Shown here: positions 1 through 8,112 of the stretch, in pieces
Layout: each line of letters opens with the position of its first letter
Position numbering within the stretch: position 1 is the stretch's first letter
NCBI GenBank assembly: GCA_046754465.1
Contig: JBHHVU010000066.1
Span: forward strand, 1 to 16,081
Direction of reading: 5' to 3'
Source: Nitrospinaceae bacterium
GTDB taxonomy: Bacteria > Nitrospinota > Nitrospinia > Nitrospinales > VA-1
Length of the DNA: 16,081 bases
The notes under the pieces: model-generated
What the model was told of the DNA's origin: nothing
The model's input: the letters and a program-made list of their open reading frames with translations, nothing else
The model's database searches: none
Made by a program: the position numbers and the translations under genes

Positions 1-76
1 TGGAGCTGGCAAAGGGACTCGAACCCCCGACCTGCTGATTACAAATCAGCTGCTCTACCAACTGAGCTACGCCAGC
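1..76 (-). tRNA. tRNA-Thr (anticodon UGU)
   Basis: Reverse complement reads GCTGGCGTAGCTCAGTTGGTAGAGCAGCTGATTTGTAATCAGCAGGTCGGGGGTTCGAGTCCCTTTGCCAGCTCCA. It has acceptor stem GCTGGCG/TGCCAGC, D arm GCTC/GAGC, anticodon arm CTGAT-TTGTAA-TCAG with TGT, T loop GTTCGAG and an encoded CCA end. Confidence 0.98.
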
Positions 77-97
77 TCAGCAAACAGAAAATTCCTC

Positions 98-127
98 ATC
101 TTACTGACTTCATTTCTCTTTTGTCAA
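98..127 (-). promoter_or_regulatory. sigma70-type promoter for tRNA-Thr (-35 TTGACA, 18 nt spacer, -10 TAAGAT)
   Basis: On the minus strand, TTGACA is at 127-122 and TAAGAT at 103-98, 21 nt upstream of the tRNA 5' end. An A/T run (UP-element-like) lies just upstream of the -35. Confidence 0.75.
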
Positions 128-385
128 TAAAAAAAGCGGTTTTTCTGAGATTTCTTTAAGGTAGATGGGTAGTTTGCTACAGAGGGATTACGATTTGGCC
201 AAGTGTAGCACGGAAAAATCTCTTTTTATAGGAAAATCTACAGATATTTTTTATGTTGGATAACTTTGCAAAGATTCTATCACGAGCTTGACACGAATTG
301 CCACAAAAAAAATGAGCTGGGATTACGCCTTATTTTGTAACTATTTTATTACAAGGGCCGACCGGAAAAATCGCCGGAGAAAAAT

Positions 386-1360
386 TCACTCTGCCCTTAG
401 GGCTTCATCTGATTTTAAGGTTTCCCGCCAATATTCCAGGATATCCTCCAAGGTTTTTTCCAGCGGTATCCGGGGCCGCCAGCCTGTTTGCTCCCGCAAA
501 TGGGTGGAATCTCCATAAACGTTAATGGATTTCGATAATCGGAATCTTGCCGGGTCTGATTGAATCCGTATGGGGATACGCGACATTTTCACCAACGCCT
601 CCAACAAGGCGCGGACCCGGGTCTCCTTCCCGGAACAGACATTATACGCTGCTCCTGATGTCCCCCGCTCCATGATGGCCCGGTACGCCCGGACCGTGTC
701 CCGGACATCCAGGATATCGCGCCAGGAATCCAGGTTCCCCGTCTGGAGGACCGGCGGGGCTCCGTTTTCGATCTCCACCACCTGCCGGGCAAAGGAAGAA
801 CAGGCAAAATTGCTGCTTTGCCTGGGACCTATGTGATTGAACGGCCGGACCCGGACAATGTCCAATCCGTCTCTTTCAAAATAAGATTGCGCGAGAAGGT
901 CCGCCGCGGCTTTGCTGACTCCATATAATGAAAAAGGTTTTAGGGGACGGTCTTCGCGGATGGGGCCTTCCTCCCGGGTCACCACACCGTACGCCTCCGA
1001 CGACCCGACCCAGAGGATTCGTGTTTTTAATCCCATCTTTTTCACGGCGTTTAACAAATGCAGGGTGCCGTAAAAATTGGTTTCGAACGTCTTTTGGCAA
1101 TCTTCTTCCCCGGCAGGGACGAAGGTCACCGCGGCCAGATGGTAAATCCGGCTGGGACGAACGGTTTCCAGGCATCGAATGACCTCCTCTGGACTCCGAA
1201 TATCGCCTTCCATCACCTCGATACGGTCTCGCGCATGGCGGATATTCCTATCGTTTTCCAGGGACCGAGCCAGCCCGATGACTTCCTCGTTATGTGCCAG
1301 AAGTAAATCCGCCAGGTGCGACCCGGCAAACCCCTGGATTCCGGTGATCAGGTTTTTCAT
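386..1360 (-). CDS. Extended SDR NDP-sugar enzyme, most like GDP-4-dehydro-6-deoxy-D-mannose reductase (Rmd; GDP-mannose 4,6-dehydratase superfamily)
   Basis: Motifs are ITGIQGFAGSHL (Rossmann), HLAA, GSSEAYG, YGVSK (YxxxK), RPFNHIGPRQ and GNLDSWRDILDVRD. It lacks the GITGQDG signature of Gmd. Confidence 0.8.
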   Translation of the reverse strand: MKNLITGIQGFAGSHLADLLLAHNEEVIGLARSLENDRNIRHARDRIEVMEGDIRSPEEVIRCLETVRPSRIYHLAAVTFVPAGEEDCQKTFETNFYGTLHLLNAVKKMGLKTRILWVGSSEAYGVVTREEGPIREDRPLKPFSLYGVSKAAADLLAQSYFERDGLDIVRVRPFNHIGPRQSSNFACSSFARQVVEIENGAPPVLQTGNLDSWRDILDVRDTVRAYRAIMERGTSGAAYNVCSGKETRVRALLEALVKMSRIPIRIQSDPARFRLSKSINVYGDSTHLREQTGWRPRIPLEKTLEDILEYWRETLKSDEALRAE

Positions 1361-1385
1361 GATTCGTTTTGGGATAGGCTGGAAT

Positions 1386-2576
1386 TCAACTGGGAATCAC
1401 TTTCAATTGCCGGCCGATCTTCTGGAAAGCCTGCACGGCGCGGGCGAGGTCTTCCGATTCGTGGGCAGCGGAAATCTGGATACGGATCCGAGCCTCATCA
1501 CGCGGCACCACCGGGTAGCTGAAGCCGACCACATAGATTCCCTCTTTCAGCAACTGTTCGGCCATCTCGTGCGCCAGCCTGGCCTCTCCCAGCATGATGG
1601 GTATAATGGGATGGTCCCCAGGACGAATCTGGAATCCGGCCTCCCGAATTTGCTCACGAAAAAACGCCACGTTTTCCCGAAGCTTCTTGATCAGATCGCG
1701 GGACCGGGTGACGAGATCGATCGCTTTCAGGGTGGTGGCGGCGATGACCGGCGACAAGGAATTGGAAAACAGATAGGGACGGGAACGCTGCCGCAATAGG
1801 GCGACGATTTCCTTTTTCCCGCTGGTGAACCCCCCGGAGGCGCCCCCCAGGGCCTTGCCGAAGGTGGAGGTGATGATATCTACCCGCCCCAGGACGTTCC
1901 GGTACTCCAGGCTGCCTTTCCCGGTGGCTCCAAAAAATCCGGTGGCGTGGGAATCGTCCACCATGACCATGGCGCCATATTTCCGGGCGAGCTCACAAAT
2001 GTCCCCCAACAGGGCCACGTCGCCGTCCATGCTGAATACCCCATCGGTGGCGATGAGCCGGAACCGGTACTTCTCCGCCCGTTTCAACTGAACCTCCAGA
2101 TGATTCATGTCGGAATGGATGTAACGAAAGCGCTGGGCCTTGCACAACCGCACCCCGTCGATGATGCTCGCATGGTTCAAACGGTCGCTGATCACTGCGT
2201 CCTGTGTATCGAGCAACGTTTCAAACAGGCCGGCGTTGGCGTCGAAACAGGAGGAATAAAGTAACGTGTCCTCGGTCTCCAAAAACCGGGAGATTCTTTC
2301 CTCGAGCAGTTTGTGAATCTCCTGGGTTCCGCAAATGAAACGCACCGAGGCCATTCCAAATCCATAATGATCGAGAGCCTCCTTGGCGGCGCGGATGATC
2401 TCGGGATGGTTGGCCAAACCCAGGTAGTTGTTGGCGCAAAAATTGATGAATTCTCCCTGGTCCGTCTGGATTCGCACCTGCTGCGGACTCTTGAGAACCC
2501 GTTCTTCTTTATACAATCCGCTCTCACGAAGGGTTTCCAATTCCTCACGAATGGTGTCCTGGATGGTTTCGGGCAT
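1386..2576 (-). CDS. kbl: Glycine C-acetyltransferase (2-amino-3-ketobutyrate CoA ligase)
   Basis: Motifs are [54 protein letters not shown] (PLP lysine), [12 protein letters not shown] and [14 protein letters not shown]. Start placed at ATG 2576 after purine-rich AAGAAGGGGGGG; the ORF track starts at 2603. Confidence 0.93.
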   Translation of the reverse strand: MPETIQDTIREELETLRESGLYKEERVLKSPQQVRIQTDQGEFINFCANNYLGLANHPEIIRAAKEALDHYGFGMASVRFICGTQEIHKLLEERISRFLETEDTLLYSSCFDANAGLFETLLDTQDAVISDRLNHASIIDGVRLCKAQRFRYIHSDMNHLEVQLKRAEKYRFRLIATDGVFSMDGDVALLGDICELARKYGAMVMVDDSHATGFFGATGKGSLEYRNVLGRVDIITSTFGKALGGASGGFTSGKKEIVALLRQRSRPYLFSNSLSPVIAATTLKAIDLVTRSRDLIKKLRENVAFFREQIREAGFQIRPGDHPIIPIMLGEARLAHEMAEQLLKEGIYVVGFSYPVVPRDEARIRIQISAAHESEDLARAVQAFQKIGRQLKVIPS

Positions 2577-2603
2577 AAGGGTCCCCCCCTTCTTCTGGAT
2601 CAT

Positions 2604-3764
2604 TCAATATTTCAAAATAATCTTCGGGTAGCGTTGAATCAACCGGCCAAACCCCTTCGGATCGAACTCCCGGAACGGAACCACGGTTTCGCGTCCCCGA
2701 TTCAGGATCACATCGTAAATCTTGTCCTGCAGGTCGAGGTATTTCGATTGGAGCAGGTTGTTCATGATATACCAGGTTTGAAACACCTTGCGGCCGACCA
2801 CGCTGTGCATATTTTTCCCGAGCATGATGATCCGCTGAAAGTCGGTCAGGGTGAAATCTCCGGCAGACAGGCCGAAGAGAATGATGTCCCCCCCCGCCCG
2901 GACGCTTTGAATGGCGGTGTTGAGCGCCTGGTTGCTTCCCGACATTTCGAACACCACGTCCGTCCCCTCCCCGTAGCAGCGTTTGCGGATGGATGCCACG
3001 ATTTCCGGGTCGGGTCCGACTCCGGACTTGCCGCGATTTTCCAGGGAGACCCCGAGGGTGAGGTCCGCCCCCAGCCGTTCAGCCATTTTCAGGTTATCGG
3101 GGTTGGGGTCCACCCCGATGAGGGTGGTCGCGCCCATGGCCCGCGCCACGAGGATGGAAAACAAACCGATCGTGCCGCAGCCAAAAATGGCCACGCTCCT
3201 GCCACGAAGATCCACCCGGCTGCAGGCGTGCACGGCGTTGCCCAAGGGTTCTTGAATCGCCGCGACTTCCGGGCGAATCCGGTTCACATCCGTCCGCCAC
3301 AATTCCTTGGCCGGGAGCTTGACATAATCGGCGAAACAGCCGTCAGTGGAGATCCCTATAATCAGGTGATTTGAGCAGACGTTCGCGTCGCCGATTCTAC
3401 ACTGGTGGCACCGCCCGCAGAAAATATGGGATTCCGCCGAGACCACATCGCCGGGCTTGTATCCATAAATCTTCGCCGCATAGGACCCGGTTTCCACGAT
3501 CTCCCCCAAAAGCTCGTGACCGCAAACGCGGTAGGACTGCCCGTCCTGTTCCAGGGAATCGAAGATCATCTCCTTGAAAGCGTGGCGGAACCAGATCCCC
3601 TTGTCCGAACCACAGAATCCGGTGAACCGGGGTTTGACAATGACCTTGCTGGCGTCATCCGGATTTTTGGTTTCATCGAGAACTGGCTCGGAGACGGTGG
3701 CGAGGTTCATCCCCGTGGTGGATTCCCATTGACCGCGAGGAATGTCCAAAACAAGTGCCTTCAT
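2604..3764 (-). CDS. tdh: L-threonine 3-dehydrogenase-like Zn-dependent medium-chain dehydrogenase
   Basis: Motifs are GFCGSD, GHELLGEIV, SAESHIFCGRCHQCRIGDANVC (structural Zn), QEPLGNAVH, GCGTIG, FEMSG and GRKVFQTWY. It lies directly upstream of kbl and has a GGAG SD before the ATG. Confidence 0.82.
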   Translation of the reverse strand: MKALVLDIPRGQWESTTGMNLATVSEPVLDETKNPDDASKVIVKPRFTGFCGSDKGIWFRHAFKEMIFDSLEQDGQSYRVCGHELLGEIVETGSYAAKIYGYKPGDVVSAESHIFCGRCHQCRIGDANVCSNHLIIGISTDGCFADYVKLPAKELWRTDVNRIRPEVAAIQEPLGNAVHACSRVDLRGRSVAIFGCGTIGLFSILVARAMGATTLIGVDPNPDNLKMAERLGADLTLGVSLENRGKSGVGPDPEIVASIRKRCYGEGTDVVFEMSGSNQALNTAIQSVRAGGDIILFGLSAGDFTLTDFQRIIMLGKNMHSVVGRKVFQTWYIMNNLLQSKYLDLQDKIYDVILNRGRETVVPFREFDPKGFGRLIQRYPKIILKY

Positions 3765-4087
3765 CAGAGTGTCTCCATGATTTGTCGCTTATAATCAATA
3801 TAAGGCCCCTTGAAAAAGATTAAAAGGTCAAATTCTTCAGGATGTTCTTCAAAGGAGCCGCCCCTCCGTCTGGAGCGGCGCAACTTAAGGGGATGAAACT
3901 TCCCTGAAATGTCAGCCCGGTCGAAAAGTACGGATAATGTGTTGGGGATCAGGAAAATATGCCCCCTTTCTTAAAGAAGAAGGTGCTACAATACCCTCTT
4001 TTTTCAAGGGGATGATCGCAACCCGATTTCTCCAGTGGGTTTAAACACTGGTCTCTCGTTCCGTTGAGAAGCCCTGCCCCCTCCTTC

Positions 4088-4822
4088 ATGGAATCCAAAG
4101 GAATCATAGTGTCGATGGGAAGCGCCAAGCAAAATTTATTCGTTCCCAATTTCCAGGCCATTTTCTTCGATTATGGCGGGACGCTGGACGCGGACGGCAT
4201 CCCCTGGAAAGAACATCATCAGTCCATTTACGAATCGCTGGGGATTCGGCTGGCCCAGAAAAAATTCGACCAAGCCTTTTATGCCGCGGATGACAGCTTG
4301 ACCGATGAGGGATTGAACGGCTTTTCCTTGAAAGAAACGTTGCACGAACAGGTGAGACGAGTTTTCCAGGGGCTGGGGATTGGGGGTATTTCTTTTCGGG
4401 AAAAAGTCGTCGATATTTTTATTCAGGACACCGTGCACAAGGTGGAGGAAAACAAGGGGGTGCTGGAACAACTGAAAACCCGGTACCGGATGGGTATTAT
4501 CTCCAATTTCTACGGAAACCTGGAGACCATTTGCGAGGAACTGGGACTGTCCCCGTTTTTGGATGTAATTGTGGATTCGAGACGGGTGGGAGTGACCAAA
4601 CCGCACGCCGGCATTTTCAATCATGCCCTAAAGGCCGTCGGCTGCAGCCCGGCTCGATCATTGATGGTGGGGGATTCCGCCCGCAGGGACATGCTGGGGG
4701 CGAGGGCGATAGGAATGCCGCATGTTCTGCTCATGGACCCCGGCAACCCGGGCGCGCCTCAAACCTGTTGTCCGGGTGACCGCGTCATTGGGAAACTTGC
4801 CGATTTACTGGAGGTGGTATAG
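4088..4822 (+). CDS. HAD-superfamily hydrolase (subfamily IA-like), probable phosphatase of the inositol cluster
   Basis: Motif I FFDYGGTLD, motif II IISNF, motif III KP, motif IV MVGDSARRDM. Start is uncertain (TTG 4064, ATG 4088, GTG 4109 after AAGGA, or ATG 4115). Confidence 0.85.
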   Translation: MESKGIIVSMGSAKQNLFVPNFQAIFFDYGGTLDADGIPWKEHHQSIYESLGIRLAQKKFDQAFYAADDSLTDEGLNGFSLKETLHEQVRRVFQGLGIGGISFREKVVDIFIQDTVHKVEENKGVLEQLKTRYRMGIISNFYGNLETICEELGLSPFLDVIVDSRRVGVTKPHAGIFNHALKAVGCSPARSLMVGDSARRDMLGARAIGMPHVLLMDPGNPGAPQTCCPGDRVIGKLADLLEVV

Positions 4823-4847
4823 ATGACCACCGGTTATTGCAATACTT

Positions 4848-5567
4848 ATGGATATCATTAAGGGAGGCATCATTGCCGCGGGACACGGCGAACGGTTCAA
4901 GCGGCTGGGAATCCAAACTCCGAAACCCATGCTGAGGGTCCACGGGAAGCCCCTGCTGCATTGGACCCTTTCCCGGTTCGTGGAAGCGGGGATCGAGGAC
5001 CTCACCCTGATCTTTAATGAGACCAACGCGGCGATTTGCTCGGATTACATCGGGGAACATTTTCGGGGATTGAAGATCACCCGCATCGTGAAGAATACTG
5101 CTTCCTCCTTTGAAAGTTTTTGGGAAGTGAGTTCCGCCATCGGGGCAGGACCATTTTTGATCACCACCGTCGATTCCATTTATCCCCCGGGCGAGCTAAA
5201 AACTTTCTCCACGGCGGCGGCCCGTTACCCCGCCGGAACCCTGGTCTTGGGGATCACATCGTTCGTGGAGGATGAGAAACCCCTTTACGTGGAAATGGAC
5301 GTGAACCAAAAGATTGTTTCCCTGGGACCAGGGAAAACCCCGTGGGTGACCAATGGGGTTTACTGGATGCCGGCGGTCCCGCTTCGTTCCAAAAAACATT
5401 ATTCCGCCTTGAGGGACTATCTGAAAGACTTGATCGAATCGGGAACCTCCGCTTTCGGTATCGACATGGGGAAATCGGTGGACATCGACGGTCCCCGCGA
5501 TATTAAAGCGGCGGAATCGTTTTTATCCACCTCGTTTTTTTCCCGGCCGGAAAAACCCACCGCGTAG
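4848..5567 (+). CDS. NTP transferase / sugar-phosphate nucleotidyltransferase; candidate inositol-1-phosphate cytidylyltransferase (IPCT-like)
   Basis: N-terminal GGIIAAGHGERF...PKPMLRVHGKPLL, FLITTVD, and C-terminal VDIDGPRDIKAAE. Substrate inferred from context with ino1 and the CDP-alcohol phosphotransferase. Confidence 0.82.
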   Translation: MDIIKGGIIAAGHGERFKRLGIQTPKPMLRVHGKPLLHWTLSRFVEAGIEDLTLIFNETNAAICSDYIGEHFRGLKITRIVKNTASSFESFWEVSSAIGAGPFLITTVDSIYPPGELKTFSTAAARYPAGTLVLGITSFVEDEKPLYVEMDVNQKIVSLGPGKTPWVTNGVYWMPAVPLRSKKHYSALRDYLKDLIESGTSAFGIDMGKSVDIDGPRDIKAAESFLSTSFFSRPEKPTA

Positions 5568-5612
5568 CCCGCCCGCCGCCTGCGGGCTGGTATCCGGGTA
5601 TAGGAGATTACA

Positions 5613-6614
5613 GTGAAAACAGGAAAGGTCCTGTTATTTTTTTTGGGGTTGGGGATCATCGCGCTGCTGTTTTATAAAATCGGCTTCACGGAGATCGAGA
5701 AACAATTTTCCGACCTGGGGTGGAAGGTCCTGTATATTTTCCTGCCATTTTTCCTGATCGGTTACATCGGGACCTGGGCCTGGATTTATACGTTCCCCCC
5801 GCCATTTTCAAAGTATAAAATCTCTTTTTCCAAGCTATTTTGGCTTCGGGTGGTGGGGGAAGCGGTGAACAATTTCACCTCCACCGCCCATGTGGGCGGG
5901 GATTTAACGAGGGTCCTGTTTCTCAAAAAATTGGGTGTCCCCACCACCAAGGGCATGGTGGCCGTGATCATGGACAAGGTGGCCCTGATCATCACGGAAG
6001 TTTTCTTCATTTTTACGGGCATATTATTGCTGCTCGTGAAAATGGATTGGCCGGCCTGGGTCAAGGGCGGGGTCGCCTCCTCTTTTTTACTGGCCGGGTT
6101 ATTTATCTACGGGATTCTCCTGATGGTCCGCAAGGGAGTATTCAGTAAAATGAGCGGCTCCCTCCAAAGAAGATGGGACTGGAAGTGGCTGGACCAGATT
6201 CATGAAAAGATCAAACACCTGGATCACCATTTATCCCACTTTTACCGCCATCACCGCCGTGAATTCATCTCGTCAAATGTGTTGCATTACGTGAGTTGGA
6301 TTCTCGGGGCGCTGGAGACCTGGACGATTCTATATGTCTTGGGATTGCGGGTGGGCCTGGTGGACGCCATCATGATCGAGGCGCTAGTAACCCTGGTGAA
6401 AGGACTGGGCTTTTTTATTGTGGGGAGCTTGGGGGTCCTCGAGGGAGGAACCGTTTTCCTGTTTCAAATACTTAATATCGGCGAGGGAACGGGCCTCGCC
6501 TTCACCTTGTTGAAACGAGCCCGCGAGATGGCCTTTGGCGCTTTGTCCTGGCTGGTTTTTTCCATCCAGTTGGCCGGACTGAAACCCCGCGGCACTCAAA
6601 CCCTGCCCTCGTAA
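5613..6614 (+). CDS. Lysylphosphatidylglycerol-synthase TM / flippase-like integral membrane protein (UPF0104/HpnL-like)
   Basis: Many hydrophobic helices, with family motifs GEAVNNFTSTAHVGGD and FFIVGSLGVLEGG...LLKRARE. AGGAG SD lies 6 nt before GTG 5613. Confidence 0.82.
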   Translation: MKTGKVLLFFLGLGIIALLFYKIGFTEIEKQFSDLGWKVLYIFLPFFLIGYIGTWAWIYTFPPPFSKYKISFSKLFWLRVVGEAVNNFTSTAHVGGDLTRVLFLKKLGVPTTKGMVAVIMDKVALIITEVFFIFTGILLLLVKMDWPAWVKGGVASSFLLAGLFIYGILLMVRKGVFSKMSGSLQRRWDWKWLDQIHEKIKHLDHHLSHFYRHHRREFISSNVLHYVSWILGALETWTILYVLGLRVGLVDAIMIEALVTLVKGLGFFIVGSLGVLEGGTVFLFQILNIGEGTGLAFTLLKRAREMAFGALSWLVFSIQLAGLKPRGTQTLPS

Positions 6615-7948
6615 TAATCCAGTCCGGAGTGATCGATCACTTCCTCCCCCATAATGATCCTCAAGGTATTCCGGAGCTTGATATCCTGAACGAACAAATC
6701 GTTTTCCGGTTTCAGATCGGGCCGGGACAAGGGAGCCTTAAAATAAAAAGACAACCATTCCTGGATGCCAAACATCCCCGCCCGTTGGGCCAGGTCAAGG
6801 AAAATAACGATATCCAAAACCACCGGCGCGGCCAGAATGGAATCCTTGCAAAGAAAATTGATCTTCAACTGCATGGCCTGCCCCATCCAGCCCTCGATGT
6901 CGATATTGTCCCACCCTTCCTTGGCGTCGCCCCGCGGGGGATAGTACTCGATGCGGATTTTATGGAAATAATCGCCATACAATTCAGGGTACAGATCCTG
7001 TTCCAGGATGTTTTCCAGAACCGACTCCTTGGTCACCTCCTTGGAACGGAAAGAATCGGGATCATCCAGGACTTCGCCGTCCCGGTTGCCGAGAATATTG
7101 CTCGAAAACCATCCCTTGAGTCCGAGCATGCGCGCCTTGAGTCCGGGAGCCACGATGGTTTTCATCAAGGTTTGACCCGTTTTGAAATCCTTTCCCGCGA
7201 CGGGGGCCTTGGTGCGGGCCGCCAGTTCCAATAACGCGGGGACCTCCCCCGACAGGTTCGGGGACCCGTTGGCATAGGGAACTCCCATTCGAATGGCGGC
7301 ATAGGCGTAAATCATCGAAGGCGGGATGATGGGAAGGCTGTCCTTCAAGGCCTTTTCAAAAGCATCGAGGGATTGAAACGCCGCGTGGTCTTCCGTTTCC
7401 TGGTAGGTTTCCGTGGAGCCGCACCAGCACATGACCAGCCGGTCCAGATGGTTCTTTTCCTTGAACGTTTCGATATCCTTCATCAACTGTTCGGCCAGCT
7501 CCATCTTGTTGGTGGCGGTTTTCAGATTCGGTCCAGAAAGTCTCCGGACAAAAGCCGGATCGAACACCGCCGGCCAGGGTTGGATGGCCTGTAATTCTTC
7601 GCGAACTTCTTCCAATTTTTCCCGGGGCAGGACCCCGCAGTTGAGGGCGGCTTGATAACAGTCATCCTTATAAATATCCCAACCCCCAAACACCAATTCG
7701 TCCAAGGAGGCCAGGGGAACAAAATCCTTGATGAAGGGAAACTTCGCCTCATTCCTTTTACCCAACCGAATGCGGGACATTTGGGTCACGGAACCGATGG
7801 GAAGGCCGCCCCCCTTGAGGACCAAATACACACCGGCAATTAACGTGGAAGTTACCGCTCCCATCCCGGGGAGTAAAACCCCCAACTTCCCCTTAGGAGG
7901 CCGAATCTCCTTTTTCAAATCCCGATATTCATAAGTTGTTTCTCCCAC
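6596..7948 (-). CDS. ino1: myo-inositol-1-phosphate synthase
   Basis: Motifs are LPGMGAV, VFGGWD, WCGSTE, ANGSP, GKDFKTGQTLMK, NILGNRDG, YYPPRGDAKEGWD, CKDSILAAPVVLD and LSFYFKAP. Start placed at GTG 7948, 10 nt after a perfect AAGGAGGT SD; the ORF track starts at TTG 7993. Confidence 0.96.
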   Translation of the reverse strand: MGETTYEYRDLKKEIRPPKGKLGVLLPGMGAVTSTLIAGVYLVLKGGGLPIGSVTQMSRIRLGKRNEAKFPFIKDFVPLASLDELVFGGWDIYKDDCYQAALNCGVLPREKLEEVREELQAIQPWPAVFDPAFVRRLSGPNLKTATNKMELAEQLMKDIETFKEKNHLDRLVMCWCGSTETYQETEDHAAFQSLDAFEKALKDSLPIIPPSMIYAYAAIRMGVPYANGSPNLSGEVPALLELAARTKAPVAGKDFKTGQTLMKTIVAPGLKARMLGLKGWFSSNILGNRDGEVLDDPDSFRSKEVTKESVLENILEQDLYPELYGDYFHKIRIEYYPPRGDAKEGWDNIDIEGWMGQAMQLKINFLCKDSILAAPVVLDIVIFLDLAQRAGMFGIQEWLSFYFKAPLSRPDLKPENDLFVQDIKLRNTLRIIMGEEVIDHSGLDYYEGRV

Positions 7949-8112
7949 GATAAGACCAACCTCCTTTTCTGACCGGACCGCTGTTTTTTTCAAACCGCCC
8001 GGGTTTCGTTCCTCATGGAACGGGTTGTTTGGTTACGTAAACGTTTATTTATCCCTCTGATGCTCCAAACCAATTTTGGACGGCCCCGCCACCCCGGATT
8101 TACCGCACCGGG

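Noticed and set aside
1..76. tRNA as attachment site of a genomic island or prophage
   Set aside because: No integrase, transposase, phage gene or duplicated tRNA 3' end was seen in the window.
288..518. + strand 76-aa ORF and TTGACA at 288-293
   Set aside because: The ORF overlaps the SDR gene antisense and has no motifs; no well-spaced -10 follows the TTGACA.
1386..2576. Serine palmitoyltransferase (sphingolipid) or BioF reading of the alpha-oxoamine synthase, tempting next to an inositol-lipid cluster
   Set aside because: Kbl-specific motifs ([39 protein letters not shown]) and adjacency to tdh identify it as Kbl.
2313..3374. Long + strand ORF (353 aa) and similar antisense ORFs (1179-1799, 6629-7234, 9393-10073, 10394-11044, 11081-11713, 11973-12641, 14823-15581)
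   Set aside because: They lie antisense to well-supported genes, show no recognisable motifs, and are expected shadow ORFs in GC-rich DNA.
3765..4063. Glycine riboswitch or T-box upstream of tdh-kbl; 6S RNA
   Set aside because: I could not find the glycine aptamer motifs (GGAGA...CCGAAG...CTCTCAGG), a T-box sequence or a convincing 6S central bubble by eye. An Rfam search would be decisive.
5566..5588. Hairpin AGCCCGC-N9-GCGGGCT after the NTP transferase stop as an intrinsic terminator
   Set aside because: There is no U-tract, the loop is large, and the next co-oriented gene starts 25 nt later. At most it is an mRNA stability element.
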